Part shown: positions 7,969 to 16,610 of the stretch, in pieces | How positions within the stretch are numbered: position 1 is the stretch's first letter | How the letters are laid out: every line of letters starts with the position of its first letter | Source: Candidatus Scatomorpha pullistercoris | Lineage (GTDB): Bacteria > Bacillota > Clostridia > Oscillospirales > Oscillospiraceae | Reading direction: 5' to 3' | Length of the DNA: 40,729 nt | Assembly (NCBI GenBank): GCA_018716635.1 | Contig: DVJS01000261.1 | Coordinates: forward strand, 1-40,729 | Position numbers and translations under genes: made by a program | Notes under the pieces: model-generated | Databases searched by the model: none | What the model saw: only the letters and a program-made list of their open reading frames with translations | What the model was told of the DNA's origin: nothing

Positions 7969-7994
7969 GTCGCACGAACGGGGGCGTTGTACTT

Positions 7995-9248
7995 ATGACC
8001 TACGCGGAGGCGCTTAAATATCTCGAGGGAGTGTCCTGGATGGGGATCAGGCCGGGCCTTGAGCGCATAGCCGAGCTGCTCGCGCGGCTCGGACACCCGG
8101 AGCAAACTTGCCGCTTTGTCCACGTTGCTGGCACGAACGGCAAAGGCTCCACCTCGGCCATGCTGGCGTCCATATTGACCTGCGCCGGATACAAGACGGG
8201 GCTTTACACCTCCCCGCACCTGCTTAGAGTCACCGAGCGCATGCGCGTAGACGGACGGGAGATGCCGCGCGAGGGCCTCGCCATGGCGGTAGAGGCGCTC
8301 AGGGACGCCGCCGAGGGCATGGCCGAACCCTGCACTGAGTTCGAGCTGCTGACCGCCGCCGCCTTCTGGTGGTTCGCGCACGAGCGCTGCGACTATGTGG
8401 TGCTCGAGGTCGGCATGGGCGGCAGGCTCGACGCCACGAATGTCATCGGAAGGCCGGACTGCGCCGTCATCACGAACATTGGCCTCGACCACACGGGCGT
8501 GCTCGGGGATACGGTCGAGCAGATAGCCGCCGAGAAGGCGGGCATTTTCAAGGGCGGGCCTGCCGTGTCATACGGCCAGACACCCTCCGTCGAAGCCGTC
8601 CTGCGCGAAGCGGCGGGGAGGACCGGCACCGAGCTGCATTTCGCGGACTTCGGCGCCATCGAGCCGCTCACGGACGGGCTGGACGGGCAGGAGTTCCGCT
8701 ATCGCGGCCGGGGATACCATATTAAATTACTGGGCGAACATCAGACGAAGAACGCCGCGGTCGTCATCGAGGCGGCGCGGCAGCTGGGCATCGCGGAGGG
8801 AGCGATAGCCGCGGGGCTGGAGCGGGCAGTCTGGCCCGCGAGATTTGAGCTGGTGTCGAGAGAGCCGTACTTTGTTGTGGACGGCGGGCACAACCCACAG
8901 TGCGTGGCGACGACGGCGGCGGCTCTGGAGCGGTATTTCCCGGAGCGGCGCCGTGTGCTGCTCATGGGCGTGCTGGCGGACAAGGACTGGGGCGAGATGC
9001 TGGAGACGCTGCTGCCCTGCGCCTCGCAGGTGGTGTGCGTGACGCCGGAGTCGGAGCGCGCGCTGCCCGCGCAGGAGCTGTGCCGGGCGATACTGGAGCG
9101 GGGGACCCCGGCGGTGCCGGCGGCGGACATGGCCTCCGGCGTTGACACGGCAATGAGTCTCGCGGGGGCGGACGGCATGGTCTGCTCGGTCGGCTCGCTC
9201 TACATGTCCGGCGCGGTGCGGGAGCGCCTGCTGGGGGAGGAGGCGTGA
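7995..9248 (+). CDS. folC: bifunctional folylpolyglutamate synthase / dihydrofolate synthase
   Basis: I start the gene at ATG 7995 (MTYAEALKYLEG). It has the P-loop HVAGTNGKGST and Mur-ligase-family motifs (EVGMGGRLDATNV, ITNIGLDH, VVDGGHNP). Confidence 0.88.
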   Translation: MTYAEALKYLEGVSWMGIRPGLERIAELLARLGHPEQTCRFVHVAGTNGKGSTSAMLASILTCAGYKTGLYTSPHLLRVTERMRVDGREMPREGLAMAVEALRDAAEGMAEPCTEFELLTAAAFWWFAHERCDYVVLEVGMGGRLDATNVIGRPDCAVITNIGLDHTGVLGDTVEQIAAEKAGIFKGGPAVSYGQTPSVEAVLREAAGRTGTELHFADFGAIEPLTDGLDGQEFRYRGRGYHIKLLGEHQTKNAAVVIEAARQLGIAEGAIAAGLERAVWPARFELVSREPYFVVDGGHNPQCVATTAAALERYFPERRRVLLMGVLADKDWGEMLETLLPCASQVVCVTPESERALPAQELCRAILERGTPAVPAADMASGVDTAMSLAGADGMVCSVGSLYMSGAVRERLLGEEA

Positions 9249-9249
9249 T

Positions 9250-9669
9250 ATGCGGGTGCTGGCGATAGACTACGGGGACAGGCGGACTGGCCTGGCCTTC
9301 TCGGACGCGGGAGGCGTGCTCTGCGGCGAGGCCTTCACGGTGGAGGAATGGGACGCGGAGCGGCTCTGCGAGAGGATAGCGCGGGAGTGCCGCGAGCGCG
9401 GGGTAGGAAAGCTCGTGCTGGGCCTGCCGAAGAACATGGACGGCAGCGAGGGGCCGAGGGCGGAAAAGAGCCGGGCCTTCTCGAAGCTGCTCACGGAGCG
9501 CACGGGGCTTGAGGTGCGGCTCTGGGACGAGCGGCGCAGCAGCGTGGAGGCACACGCGATCCTCTCGGCCAACGGCAAGCGGGAGAAGAAGCACAAAAAG
9601 AGCGTGGACGCGCTTGCGGCGGCGCTCATACTCGAAGGATACCTGGGCTCCGGACAGGGGAGGTGCTGA
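9250..9669 (+). CDS. ruvX: Holliday-junction-resolvase-like pre-16S rRNA nuclease RuvX/YqgF
   Basis: 139 aa with MRVLAIDYGDRRTGLAFSD and LVLGLPKNMDGSEG, the canonical YqgF motifs. The start lies 2 nt after the folC stop. Confidence 0.9.
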   Translation: MRVLAIDYGDRRTGLAFSDAGGVLCGEAFTVEEWDAERLCERIARECRERGVGKLVLGLPKNMDGSEGPRAEKSRAFSKLLTERTGLEVRLWDERRSSVEAHAILSANGKREKKHKKSVDALAAALILEGYLGSGQGRC

Positions 9670-9670
9670 G

Positions 9671-10612
9671 ATGTCGGAAGAATTCGTACTCGGCATAGGC
9701 GGCGCGAACATAGACGTACACGGCAAGAGCCGGGTACCGGTGGTCATGCGCGACTCGAACCCCGGGCACCTGCGCACCTCGGCGGGAGGCGTCACGAGGA
9801 ACGTGATGGAGAACCTCTCGCGGCTCGGGCTGCGGACGAAGCTCATCTCAGCGGTGGGCGCGGACCTGTACGGGGAGATGGTGCTCAGAAGCTCCGCGGC
9901 CGCGGGGATAGACATATCCGGCGTAGTGACGGTGCCGGGCGCGGCCTCGAGCTGTTATATTTCGGTGCTCGACCAGAAGGGCGACATGCTCGTGGCGATG
10001 TCGGACATGGGCATACTCGAGAACGTGACGCCAGAGCTGGTGCGGGCGAATGTGGAGCAGCTCAGGCAGGCCGCGGCCATCGTCTGCGACCCCTGTCTGC
10101 CGGCGGAGACGGTGGCGGAGATAATAGCTCAGGCGGGGGACACGCCGGTCTTCCTCGACCCGGTGAGCACGAGCTATGCGCGCAAGGTGCGGCCGCTGGT
10201 CGGCGGGCTGTTCTGCGTGAAGCCGAACCGGATAGAGCTGGGCGTGCTGGCGGATACGGAGACGAACAGCTCGCAGGACATAGAGCGGGCCTGTGATATC
10301 CTGCTCTCGAAGGGCACGAAGCGGGTGGCGGTGAGCCTCGGCGAGCGCGGCTGCTACTACGCGGACGCGCAGGGGCACAGGCTGCTGCGCGCGCTGCACC
10401 CGGTGGAGCTGATGGCGAACGCCAACGGTGCGGGCGACGCCTTCATGGCGGGGCTGGTCTACGCCTACGTGAACGGCCTCGGCCCGGAGGAGGGGCTTGA
10501 CTTTGCCAATGCCGCCGGCTCTCTCGCGGTGGCGAGCGAGCTGACGATAAACCCGGACATGTCGGAGGAGAACGTGCTGCGGCTGCTCCGGGAGAATCAG
10601 AACATGCAATAA
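9671..10612 (+). CDS. psuK: PfkB-family carbohydrate kinase, probably pseudouridine kinase
   Basis: I start the gene at ATG 9671 (MSEEFVLGIGGANIDVHG). The C-terminal GAGDAF motif marks the ribokinase/PfkB fold. The gene sits directly upstream of psuG, as in yeiC-yeiN. Confidence 0.7.
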   Translation: MSEEFVLGIGGANIDVHGKSRVPVVMRDSNPGHLRTSAGGVTRNVMENLSRLGLRTKLISAVGADLYGEMVLRSSAAAGIDISGVVTVPGAASSCYISVLDQKGDMLVAMSDMGILENVTPELVRANVEQLRQAAAIVCDPCLPAETVAEIIAQAGDTPVFLDPVSTSYARKVRPLVGGLFCVKPNRIELGVLADTETNSSQDIERACDILLSKGTKRVAVSLGERGCYYADAQGHRLLRALHPVELMANANGAGDAFMAGLVYAYVNGLGPEEGLDFANAAGSLAVASELTINPDMSEENVLRLLRENQNMQ

Positions 10613-10632
10613 ATTATTCGGGAGGTTTTGAC

Positions 10633-11541
10633 ATGAACGAGTATTTGGATATAAGGCCGGAGGTGCGCGAGGCGCTTGAGGCGGGCAAGCCGGTGGTGGC
10701 GCTGGAGAGCACCATACTGAGCCACGGCATGCCCTGGCCGGAGAATCTTGACTTCGCGGCGCGCGTGGAGGAGGTCGTGCGCTCCGAGGGCGCGGTTCCG
10801 GCGACGATGGCGATCATGGGCGGCAAGCTCAAGGTGGGCCTGGGCGAAGCGGACCTCGAGACCATGTGCCGCGCGGAGGACGTGGGCAAGGTGAGCCGCC
10901 GGGACGTACCGGTGTACCTCGCGGCGGGGAAGAACGGTGCGACGACCGTGGCGACGACGATGCTGATAGCGGAGCTTGCGGGCATACGGGTGTTCGCGAC
11001 GGGCGGCATCGGCGGCGTACACAGGCACGGCGAGGTGACGATGGACGTATCGGCGGACCTGCAGGAGCTGGCGCATACCTCGGTCGCGGTGGTCTGCGCG
11101 GGCGCGAAGCAGATACTGGACATCGGACGGACGCTTGAGTACCTCGAGACGATGGGCGTGCCGGTGATAGGCGTGGGCACGGACGAGTTTCCGGCGTTCT
11201 ACTGCCGCCGGAGCGGGCACAGGCTTGACTATGCGGCGAAGGACGCGGCGGAGATCGCGGCTATCCTCAAGGCAAAGTGGCAGCTCGGCCTGAAGGGCGG
11301 CGTTCTTATAGCGAACCCGATCCAGGAGGAGTACGGGCTGGACTTCAACTACATGGAGGGCATAATCAACGTTGCGCTGGAGGCGGCCGAGGCCGCTGGC
11401 GTCCACGGCAAGGACATCACGCCTTTCCTGCTTGCCAAGGTCAAGGAGCTGACGGGAGGCGAGAGCTTCAAGTCGAACGTAGAGCTGGCGCTCAACAACG
11501 CGAGGGTAGCGGCCAGGATCGCCGTAGAATACGCGAAATAA
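10633..11541 (+). CDS. psuG: pseudouridine-5'-phosphate glycosidase
   Basis: 302 aa. VVALESTILSHGMPWPEN and GGIGGVHRHGE..MDVSADL are characteristic of PsuG/YeiN (indigoidine synthase A-like family). Confidence 0.88.
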   Translation: MNEYLDIRPEVREALEAGKPVVALESTILSHGMPWPENLDFAARVEEVVRSEGAVPATMAIMGGKLKVGLGEADLETMCRAEDVGKVSRRDVPVYLAAGKNGATTVATTMLIAELAGIRVFATGGIGGVHRHGEVTMDVSADLQELAHTSVAVVCAGAKQILDIGRTLEYLETMGVPVIGVGTDEFPAFYCRRSGHRLDYAAKDAAEIAAILKAKWQLGLKGGVLIANPIQEEYGLDFNYMEGIINVALEAAEAAGVHGKDITPFLLAKVKELTGGESFKSNVELALNNARVAARIAVEYAK

Positions 11542-11550
11542 AGAATAAAC

Positions 11551-11591
11551 AATAATCGGGCAGGCGCCTTGTGCACCTGCCCGATTATTTT
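11551..11591. terminator. bidirectional intrinsic terminator (psuG / MBL gene)
   Basis: A 14-bp stem (AATAATCGGGCAGG ... CCTGCCCGATTATT) is followed by TT on the plus strand. The flanks are A/T-rich on both sides. Confidence 0.75.
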
Positions 11592-11595
11592 GCCA

Positions 11596-12477
11596 TCATG
11601 TGATTTTTCTCCAGAACAGCCGGTTGTCGGATATCTCTATGCCTGTCCGGCCGCTGTCCATCAGATAGGCCAGGATAGATCTTATCGTGCTGCCTACGAG
11701 GACGTACTGCTCCATCGTAAGCTGCAGACCGTAGCTGTCGAAGGCCTGCTTCAGGATGTCATCAAAGCTCCTCGGCTCGGCGCACAGGTCCAGCACGTAC
11801 TCGCACAGGCCCTCGACGTGCCTCAGATTCAGCTCCGCCAGCGGCCTGATGTCCTCTGTCGCCTCCGCGTGCGCCGGGACGTAGAGCTTCGCCTCCAGCT
11901 CCGGCAGGGCCCGCAGCGTCTCCATATACGCCGCCACGTCGTAGATGAACGGAAAACCGTACTTCTCCAGCGTCACGGCGCTCGAGAGGCAGTCCGCTAT
12001 ATACGCCGTGCCATCCGGCGTCCGGTAGCCCGTCATGTCGAAATAGTGCCCCGGCAGAGGCAGGGGCTCTATATCCTCCGGGAAGCCCTCCGACCTCATA
12101 TCCTCCGCCGGCGCGGGCTGAGCCATGAGGAACTTGTGCCTCAAAGGCTTCGGCGGATAGCCCCCGTACAAAAAGGCCGGTTCCAGCACCGGGTTGCGCG
12201 TGAACGCCGCCTCGATATCCGGCGCGAAGACACGGCAGCCCGTCTGCTTCTGCAGGTACTGGCAGCCGCCGACGTGGTCAGCGTTCGAGTGCGTGACCAG
12301 TATGCCCCGCAGCTTCCACGAGTTTTTGTCCAGTATCTGCCTGACCTTCCGCCCCGCGTCCTTGTCGTTGCCGCTGTCGATGAGCCAGACCTCGCTTTCC
12401 GAGGCCAAATACAGCCCCATCTTCGCCGGGCAGTCGATATAATAGCTGCGCTCCCCTGCTTGCACCAGCTCGTACAT
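11596..12477 (-). CDS. MBL-fold metallo-hydrolase
   Basis: 293 aa with ILVTHSNADHVGG (an HxHxDH-type motif with H replaced by S/N) and later LPGH and VPAH ligand-like motifs. An AAGGAGG RBS lies upstream. Confidence 0.75.
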   Translation of the reverse strand: MYELVQAGERSYYIDCPAKMGLYLASESEVWLIDSGNDKDAGRKVRQILDKNSWKLRGILVTHSNADHVGGCQYLQKQTGCRVFAPDIEAAFTRNPVLEPAFLYGGYPPKPLRHKFLMAQPAPAEDMRSEGFPEDIEPLPLPGHYFDMTGYRTPDGTAYIADCLSSAVTLEKYGFPFIYDVAAYMETLRALPELEAKLYVPAHAEATEDIRPLAELNLRHVEGLCEYVLDLCAEPRSFDDILKQAFDSYGLQLTMEQYVLVGSTIRSILAYLMDSGRTGIEISDNRLFWRKIT

Positions 12478-12560
12478 GCTTCAGACCTCCTTTTTTCTGA
12501 AACTTTACCACATCATGGCGCGAAACGCAAGCTGATCGCAGTGGCGCGCCCAAAATGACG

Positions 12561-12594
12561 ATAAGGCCCCGGAAGCCTTGCTCCGGGGCCTTAT
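12561..12594 (-). terminator. intrinsic terminator after the 625-aa P-loop gene
   Basis: A 12-bp stem (ATAAGGCCCCGG ... CCGGGGCCTTAT) lies 14 nt after the stop codon. The minus-strand tail is CGTCATTTT. Confidence 0.6.
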
Positions 12595-12607
12595 ATCTTC
12601 TTCCTTA

Positions 12608-14485
12608 TTATTCGCTGAGTCCCAGCGGGATGATCTTGCAATAGTCCTCGATAGAGCCTCTTTTCTTAAAGCACTCGAGTATCTGCTTTCCGACCGGGTG
12701 CAGCTCATCGCAGTCGTACACGGAAAGCTCCTTAGCGAAGAAGTTGTAAAGGATCTCCGCGCCCTTGTCGTAGCCTTCCTCGCCCAGCGACTCCTGCAGC
12801 TCGGGTCTGAGGAAGCGGCTGGATATCCTCTGGCCATCGACCTTCATCTCGTTGAGCGAATAACCGAAGAGCGGGCAGCGCGCCGGAGAGAGCCTATCCA
12901 TCTTCATATTGACGCCGCCGCGGCGGGCGAGGTACTCCCTCGCTATCCACTCGGCCGCGAAACCGACCTTGAAGCTGCCGATGTGCTGGTTCGGGATGAG
13001 CACGTACCGAGTCTGCGAGCAGTTTATGATCTGCTCGAGCAGCAGGTTGGCCTGCACGACCCGCTTGCCGGTCGCGAAGGGCCAGTAGGAGCCGACGCCC
13101 TCGCTCGCCAGCGGACTTCCTCCGCTTATGCTCGGGTTTTTGAAGCCCCTCGGCGCGACGAGCCTCCACAGCCAGGCCAGCGCCGGCGGGATGATGTGCA
13201 TAAGGCCCATGATACCATAGGTCGGCTTCTTCGCCGTTGCGGGCGGCATCCTCACGCCAAAGGACCGCACGTCCACGTCCACCGGCTCAGAGACGATATT
13301 TTCTATCATACGCCTCGGCACTATGATCCTCGGGTTCGGGCAGGGCTTGCCGTCGGAGTCAAGCACATGCTCCCAGGGCAGGCAGGTGGCCATTGGCCTC
13401 GCCTCGAGGTTGAAGAACATCAGAGGCTCCTTCGAATGTATGGCTATCCTCTCGTACATCGGGTCGCAGCCGTAGGAGGTGATGCCGTCCACGCGGACGA
13501 ACCAGCCGTCCTCGCCGTCGACGAGGCTTAGCTTGCCGCCGCTTTTCTGTATGCTGGGCGGGCACATGGCCATATCGTCCGTCACGGGGGCTATCGTACA
13601 GGTGTCGCTCATGCTTATATAGCGCTCCTCACCCGTCACAAGGTCCACGCCCAGCAGCACGCGGCCGTCGGCGCAGCGCATGACGTCCTGCAGCAGCTCG
13701 CTCTTGCCGCCGCCGGAAGCGCCCTCGTGCATCATGACCATCTCGTTCTCGTAGGGAGTGATTATCCTCGCCGACGAGGCGTGGGCTGTGACCCAGCCCT
13801 CCTGCTCGCCTATATCGAGAAGCACGCTGTAGATGCCCTTTTTCGCCGAGGGGCCGGGGTAGAGGTTATAGGAGAACACCTCGTGCAGGTCCTCTTTCCT
13901 GTTGTGGACGACGACCTGCTTGCCGTTAAAGTGCGTGTGCCTGAAGGGGGGCGCCGCATAGACCACCGCGCGGGGCTTGAAATGCTCCACCGTCCTGATA
14001 TCAACAAAGGCCTGCAGCTGAGCCATGGCAAAGCCGAAGAACGCCGCGTTCCTCGGGCAGACCAGCACCGCCTCATAGCCGTATTCATATCCGCCTGCCT
14101 TAAACGGCACCAGTATCAGCTCCTGCTTCGTCAGCCAGCGGAGCGTCTCAATCCTCAGTTCCTCGAATTTATATCCATAGACATCCTCGAACCTGGGCTT
14201 ATCTGTCGGAAGGTCGTCGGCTATGCGCATGCAGTCAGGGTCTCTCCTGCGCATGTAATCCTCGGGATAGTTCACCGCCGCGCCGTTTTTGCAGCGGATG
14301 ACCTCCGCCTCCTTCACGGCCTTGCCGTGGATGTCGTAGAGAACCTCGATCTTGCCCGTGTACTCGTTGCCGAAGATCAGCTCGAAGAGGACCTCCTTGC
14401 TGGTCGGGATGATGACGCTCGGGCTGTTGTAGATGACCCGGCTGAGCTGCTCCGGGAGAGTAAACCTCTCAAAAAGTATATTCAT
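12608..14485 (-). CDS. uncharacterised 625-aa protein with a PEP-carboxykinase/HPr-kinase-like P-loop core (possibly the DUF4914 family)
   Basis: The segment PGPSAKKGIYSVLL...VTAHASSARI...MMHEGASGGGKSELL...VTDDMAM parallels the ATP-PEPCK layout (GGEMKKGMFS...MHCSAN...GLSGTGKTTLS...DDEH) and the HprK loop GxSGxGKSE. The gene has a clean GC3-rich frame, its own promoter and its own terminator. Confidence 0.6.
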   Translation of the reverse strand: MNILFERFTLPEQLSRVIYNSPSVIIPTSKEVLFELIFGNEYTGKIEVLYDIHGKAVKEAEVIRCKNGAAVNYPEDYMRRRDPDCMRIADDLPTDKPRFEDVYGYKFEELRIETLRWLTKQELILVPFKAGGYEYGYEAVLVCPRNAAFFGFAMAQLQAFVDIRTVEHFKPRAVVYAAPPFRHTHFNGKQVVVHNRKEDLHEVFSYNLYPGPSAKKGIYSVLLDIGEQEGWVTAHASSARIITPYENEMVMMHEGASGGGKSELLQDVMRCADGRVLLGVDLVTGEERYISMSDTCTIAPVTDDMAMCPPSIQKSGGKLSLVDGEDGWFVRVDGITSYGCDPMYERIAIHSKEPLMFFNLEARPMATCLPWEHVLDSDGKPCPNPRIIVPRRMIENIVSEPVDVDVRSFGVRMPPATAKKPTYGIMGLMHIIPPALAWLWRLVAPRGFKNPSISGGSPLASEGVGSYWPFATGKRVVQANLLLEQIINCSQTRYVLIPNQHIGSFKVGFAAEWIAREYLARRGGVNMKMDRLSPARCPLFGYSLNEMKVDGQRISSRFLRPELQESLGEEGYDKGAEILYNFFAKELSVYDCDELHPVGKQILECFKKRGSIEDYCKIIPLGLSE

Positions 14486-14547
14486 CTGCCTACCTCACTT
14501 TCCGCGCCGGGCATGGAAACGGCGCAATCGCTGTAACACACCATATT

Positions 14548-14576
14548 ATTTTATTTCTGTTGCGCCGGTTTGTCAA
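14548..14576 (-). promoter_or_regulatory. candidate sigma70-type promoter for the 625-aa P-loop gene
   Basis: On the minus strand: TTGACA (14576-14571), a 17-nt spacer, then TAAAAT (14553-14548). Confidence 0.5.
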
Positions 14577-14593
14577 TCCTTAAACAGCCGGTG

Positions 14594-15280
14594 TCAGGCC
14601 AGGCGGAAGCTCTCGTGCCTCTGGCCGAGCAGGTCAAAGCAGCAGAGCCTGCCGCTCTCGACGTCTCTGCCGCAGAGGTACGCGACGCAGAGCGCGACCT
14701 GAACGGAGGCACAGAGGGCCGGGCAGAAGCTCAGCGTCCCGACGGGCGCGGCTGCGGCGTCCGCATCTGCCGTGCCGGCGGGGTACAGCCTCTCCGTCAG
14801 CCCGTCGCCCGGCATGGAGAGCGCCGCGTGGCAGAGCCAGCCGTCCACCGCTCCCAGCACCAGCGGCAGCCCCAGCCGAGCGCAGGCGGCCGACAGCGTG
14901 CGCCGCGACCGGGCGCTGTCCAGCCCGTCCAGCACGATGTCGCATCCCGCGAGCAGGCCATCGGCATTGCTCTCATCCAGCCGCACGGCCAGAGCCTCGT
15001 ACTCTGTCTCCGGCGCTATGAGCCTTGCGCGTTCCATGGCGCAGAGGGCCTTGTTCCGGCCGAGGCTCTCCCTCGTCGCGAGCAGCTGGCGGTTCAGGTT
15101 CGTCTCGTCGAACACGTCCGGGTCGGCCGCCCTGACCTTCCCCACGCCTGCCCGCACGACCAGCTCCGACAGATAGCCGCCCAGCCCGCCGCAGCCGCAG
15201 ATGAACACCCTGCTCGACTTCAGTTTTTCGCACTCCGCCTCCGTGAGCGCGGGCAGGTTCCGCAAAAGACGCTTCTCCAT
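14594..15280 (-). CDS. ThiF/MoeB/HesA-family E1-like adenylyltransferase
   Basis: 228 aa. SRVFICGCGGLGGYLSELVVRAGVGKVRAADPDVFDETNLNRQ is the Rossmann/adenylation signature of the ThiF family. The gene is divergent from the moeA genes. Confidence 0.8.
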   Translation of the reverse strand: MEKRLLRNLPALTEAECEKLKSSRVFICGCGGLGGYLSELVVRAGVGKVRAADPDVFDETNLNRQLLATRESLGRNKALCAMERARLIAPETEYEALAVRLDESNADGLLAGCDIVLDGLDSARSRRTLSAACARLGLPLVLGAVDGWLCHAALSMPGDGLTERLYPAGTADADAAAAPVGTLSFCPALCASVQVALCVAYLCGRDVESGRLCCFDLLGQRHESFRLA

Positions 15281-15331
15281 CCCGTCACACCTCCCTGTTA
15301 TTTTTCATTTTACACCATGCGTCAACAGGAC

Positions 15332-15360
15332 TTGTGCCGAAAGGGGCGAGAGGATATAAT
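15332..15360 (+). promoter_or_regulatory. candidate sigma70-type promoter for the two moeA genes
   Basis: TTGTGC, a 17-nt spacer, then a consensus TATAAT, located 27 nt upstream of GTG 15388. This leaves no room for a riboswitch leader. Confidence 0.5.
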
Positions 15361-15387
15361 TGAGAAAAAGGCTTATGGAGGTAAGAC

Positions 15388-16608
15388 GTGCTCAGAGTAA
15401 AGACGCCGGATGAGGTGCTGGAAATCATAGACCGCGAATTTGAGCCGCTTTCGGGCCTCGCGGAGACCGTCGGGCTGGACTCGGCCCCGGGCCGCGTGCT
15501 GGCGGAGGACGTATACGCCGCTGAGGACGTGCCGGGCTTCGCGCGCTCGACCGTGGACGGCTACGCTCTGCGGGCCTCGGAGACCTTTGGCTGCACGGAG
15601 GCCCTGCCCGCGGTGTTCAGGCTCGTGCGCGAGGTGAGGATGGGCAAAGCCGCGGACTTTGAGCTGGGGCCCGGGGAATGCGCCGCCGTGCCGACGGGCG
15701 GAGCCATACCCGCGGGCGCGGACTGCGCGGTCATGCTCGAGCACGCCGAGGACTACGGCGACGGATGGATAGGCGTCTCAAAGCCCTCCGCGCCGGGCCG
15801 GGACATCATACGCGCGGACGAGGACGCCGCTGCGGGGCAGCTCATGTTCAGGCGCGGGCAGCGTCTGAGGAGCCAGGACATCGGCGCGCTTGCCGCGTTG
15901 GGCTGTGCGGAGGTCGAGGTCGCAAGGCGGCTGAGGGTCGCGGTCATCTCCACCGGGGACGAGCTGGTCTCCCCGTCCGAGACGCCGGGGGAGGGGCAGA
16001 TACGCGACGTGAACAGCCCCATGCTCATGGCGCTGCTGCGCGAGTTCGGGGCGGAGCCGGTCTTCTGCGGCCGGGTCGGGGACGAGGACGAGCTGCTGGC
16101 CTCGGCGCTGCGCGGGGCGGCGGAGAGCGCGGACGCGGTGCTCATCTCCGGCGGCAGCAGCGTAGGGAAGCGCGACGCCGCCTGCCGCGTAATCGGCTCC
16201 GAGGGAAAGCTCCTGCTCCATGGAGTGGCGATGAAGCCGGGCAAGCCCAGCATTCTGGGGAAGGTCGGGGGCAAACCGGTGTTCGGCCTTCCGGGGCACC
16301 CGGTTGCGGCCTGGTTCGTGACGCGGCTGTTCGTGCTGCCGCTGCTCGACCGGCTCTCGGGCGCGGAGCGCAGGCAGTATAAGGTACGCGCACGCCTCGC
16401 GGAGCCGGTCTCGGCCAACGACGGCCGGGCGCTGTATATGGGCGTCAGGCTCACCGAGGGCGAGGACGGGCTCGAGGCCCTGCCCGTGCGCGGCAAGTCG
16501 GGGCTTATAAGCACGCTCTCCGGCTCCGATGGTTTCATCTGCGTAGGGCGCGACTGCGAGGGGCTGCCGAAGGGCGCCGAAGTCGAAGTGACGGTCTGCG
16601 GAGGCTGA
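15388..16608 (+). CDS. moeA: molybdopterin molybdenumtransferase MoeA
   Basis: 406 aa. GTG start 6 nt after GGAGG. STVDGYAL, ISTGDELV, ISGGSSVGKRD and MKPGKP are the canonical MoeA motifs. Confidence 0.88.
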   Translation: MLRVKTPDEVLEIIDREFEPLSGLAETVGLDSAPGRVLAEDVYAAEDVPGFARSTVDGYALRASETFGCTEALPAVFRLVREVRMGKAADFELGPGECAAVPTGGAIPAGADCAVMLEHAEDYGDGWIGVSKPSAPGRDIIRADEDAAAGQLMFRRGQRLRSQDIGALAALGCAEVEVARRLRVAVISTGDELVSPSETPGEGQIRDVNSPMLMALLREFGAEPVFCGRVGDEDELLASALRGAAESADAVLISGGSSVGKRDAACRVIGSEGKLLLHGVAMKPGKPSILGKVGGKPVFGLPGHPVAAWFVTRLFVLPLLDRLSGAERRQYKVRARLAEPVSANDGRALYMGVRLTEGEDGLEALPVRGKSGLISTLSGSDGFICVGRDCEGLPKGAEVEVTVCGG

Positions 16609-16610
16609 AT

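Noticed and set aside
15281-15387. A Moco riboswitch upstream of moeA.
   Set aside because: The best promoter places the transcription start about 20 nt from the start codon. The 107-bp divergent spacer is too short and lacks the conserved Moco-motif helices.
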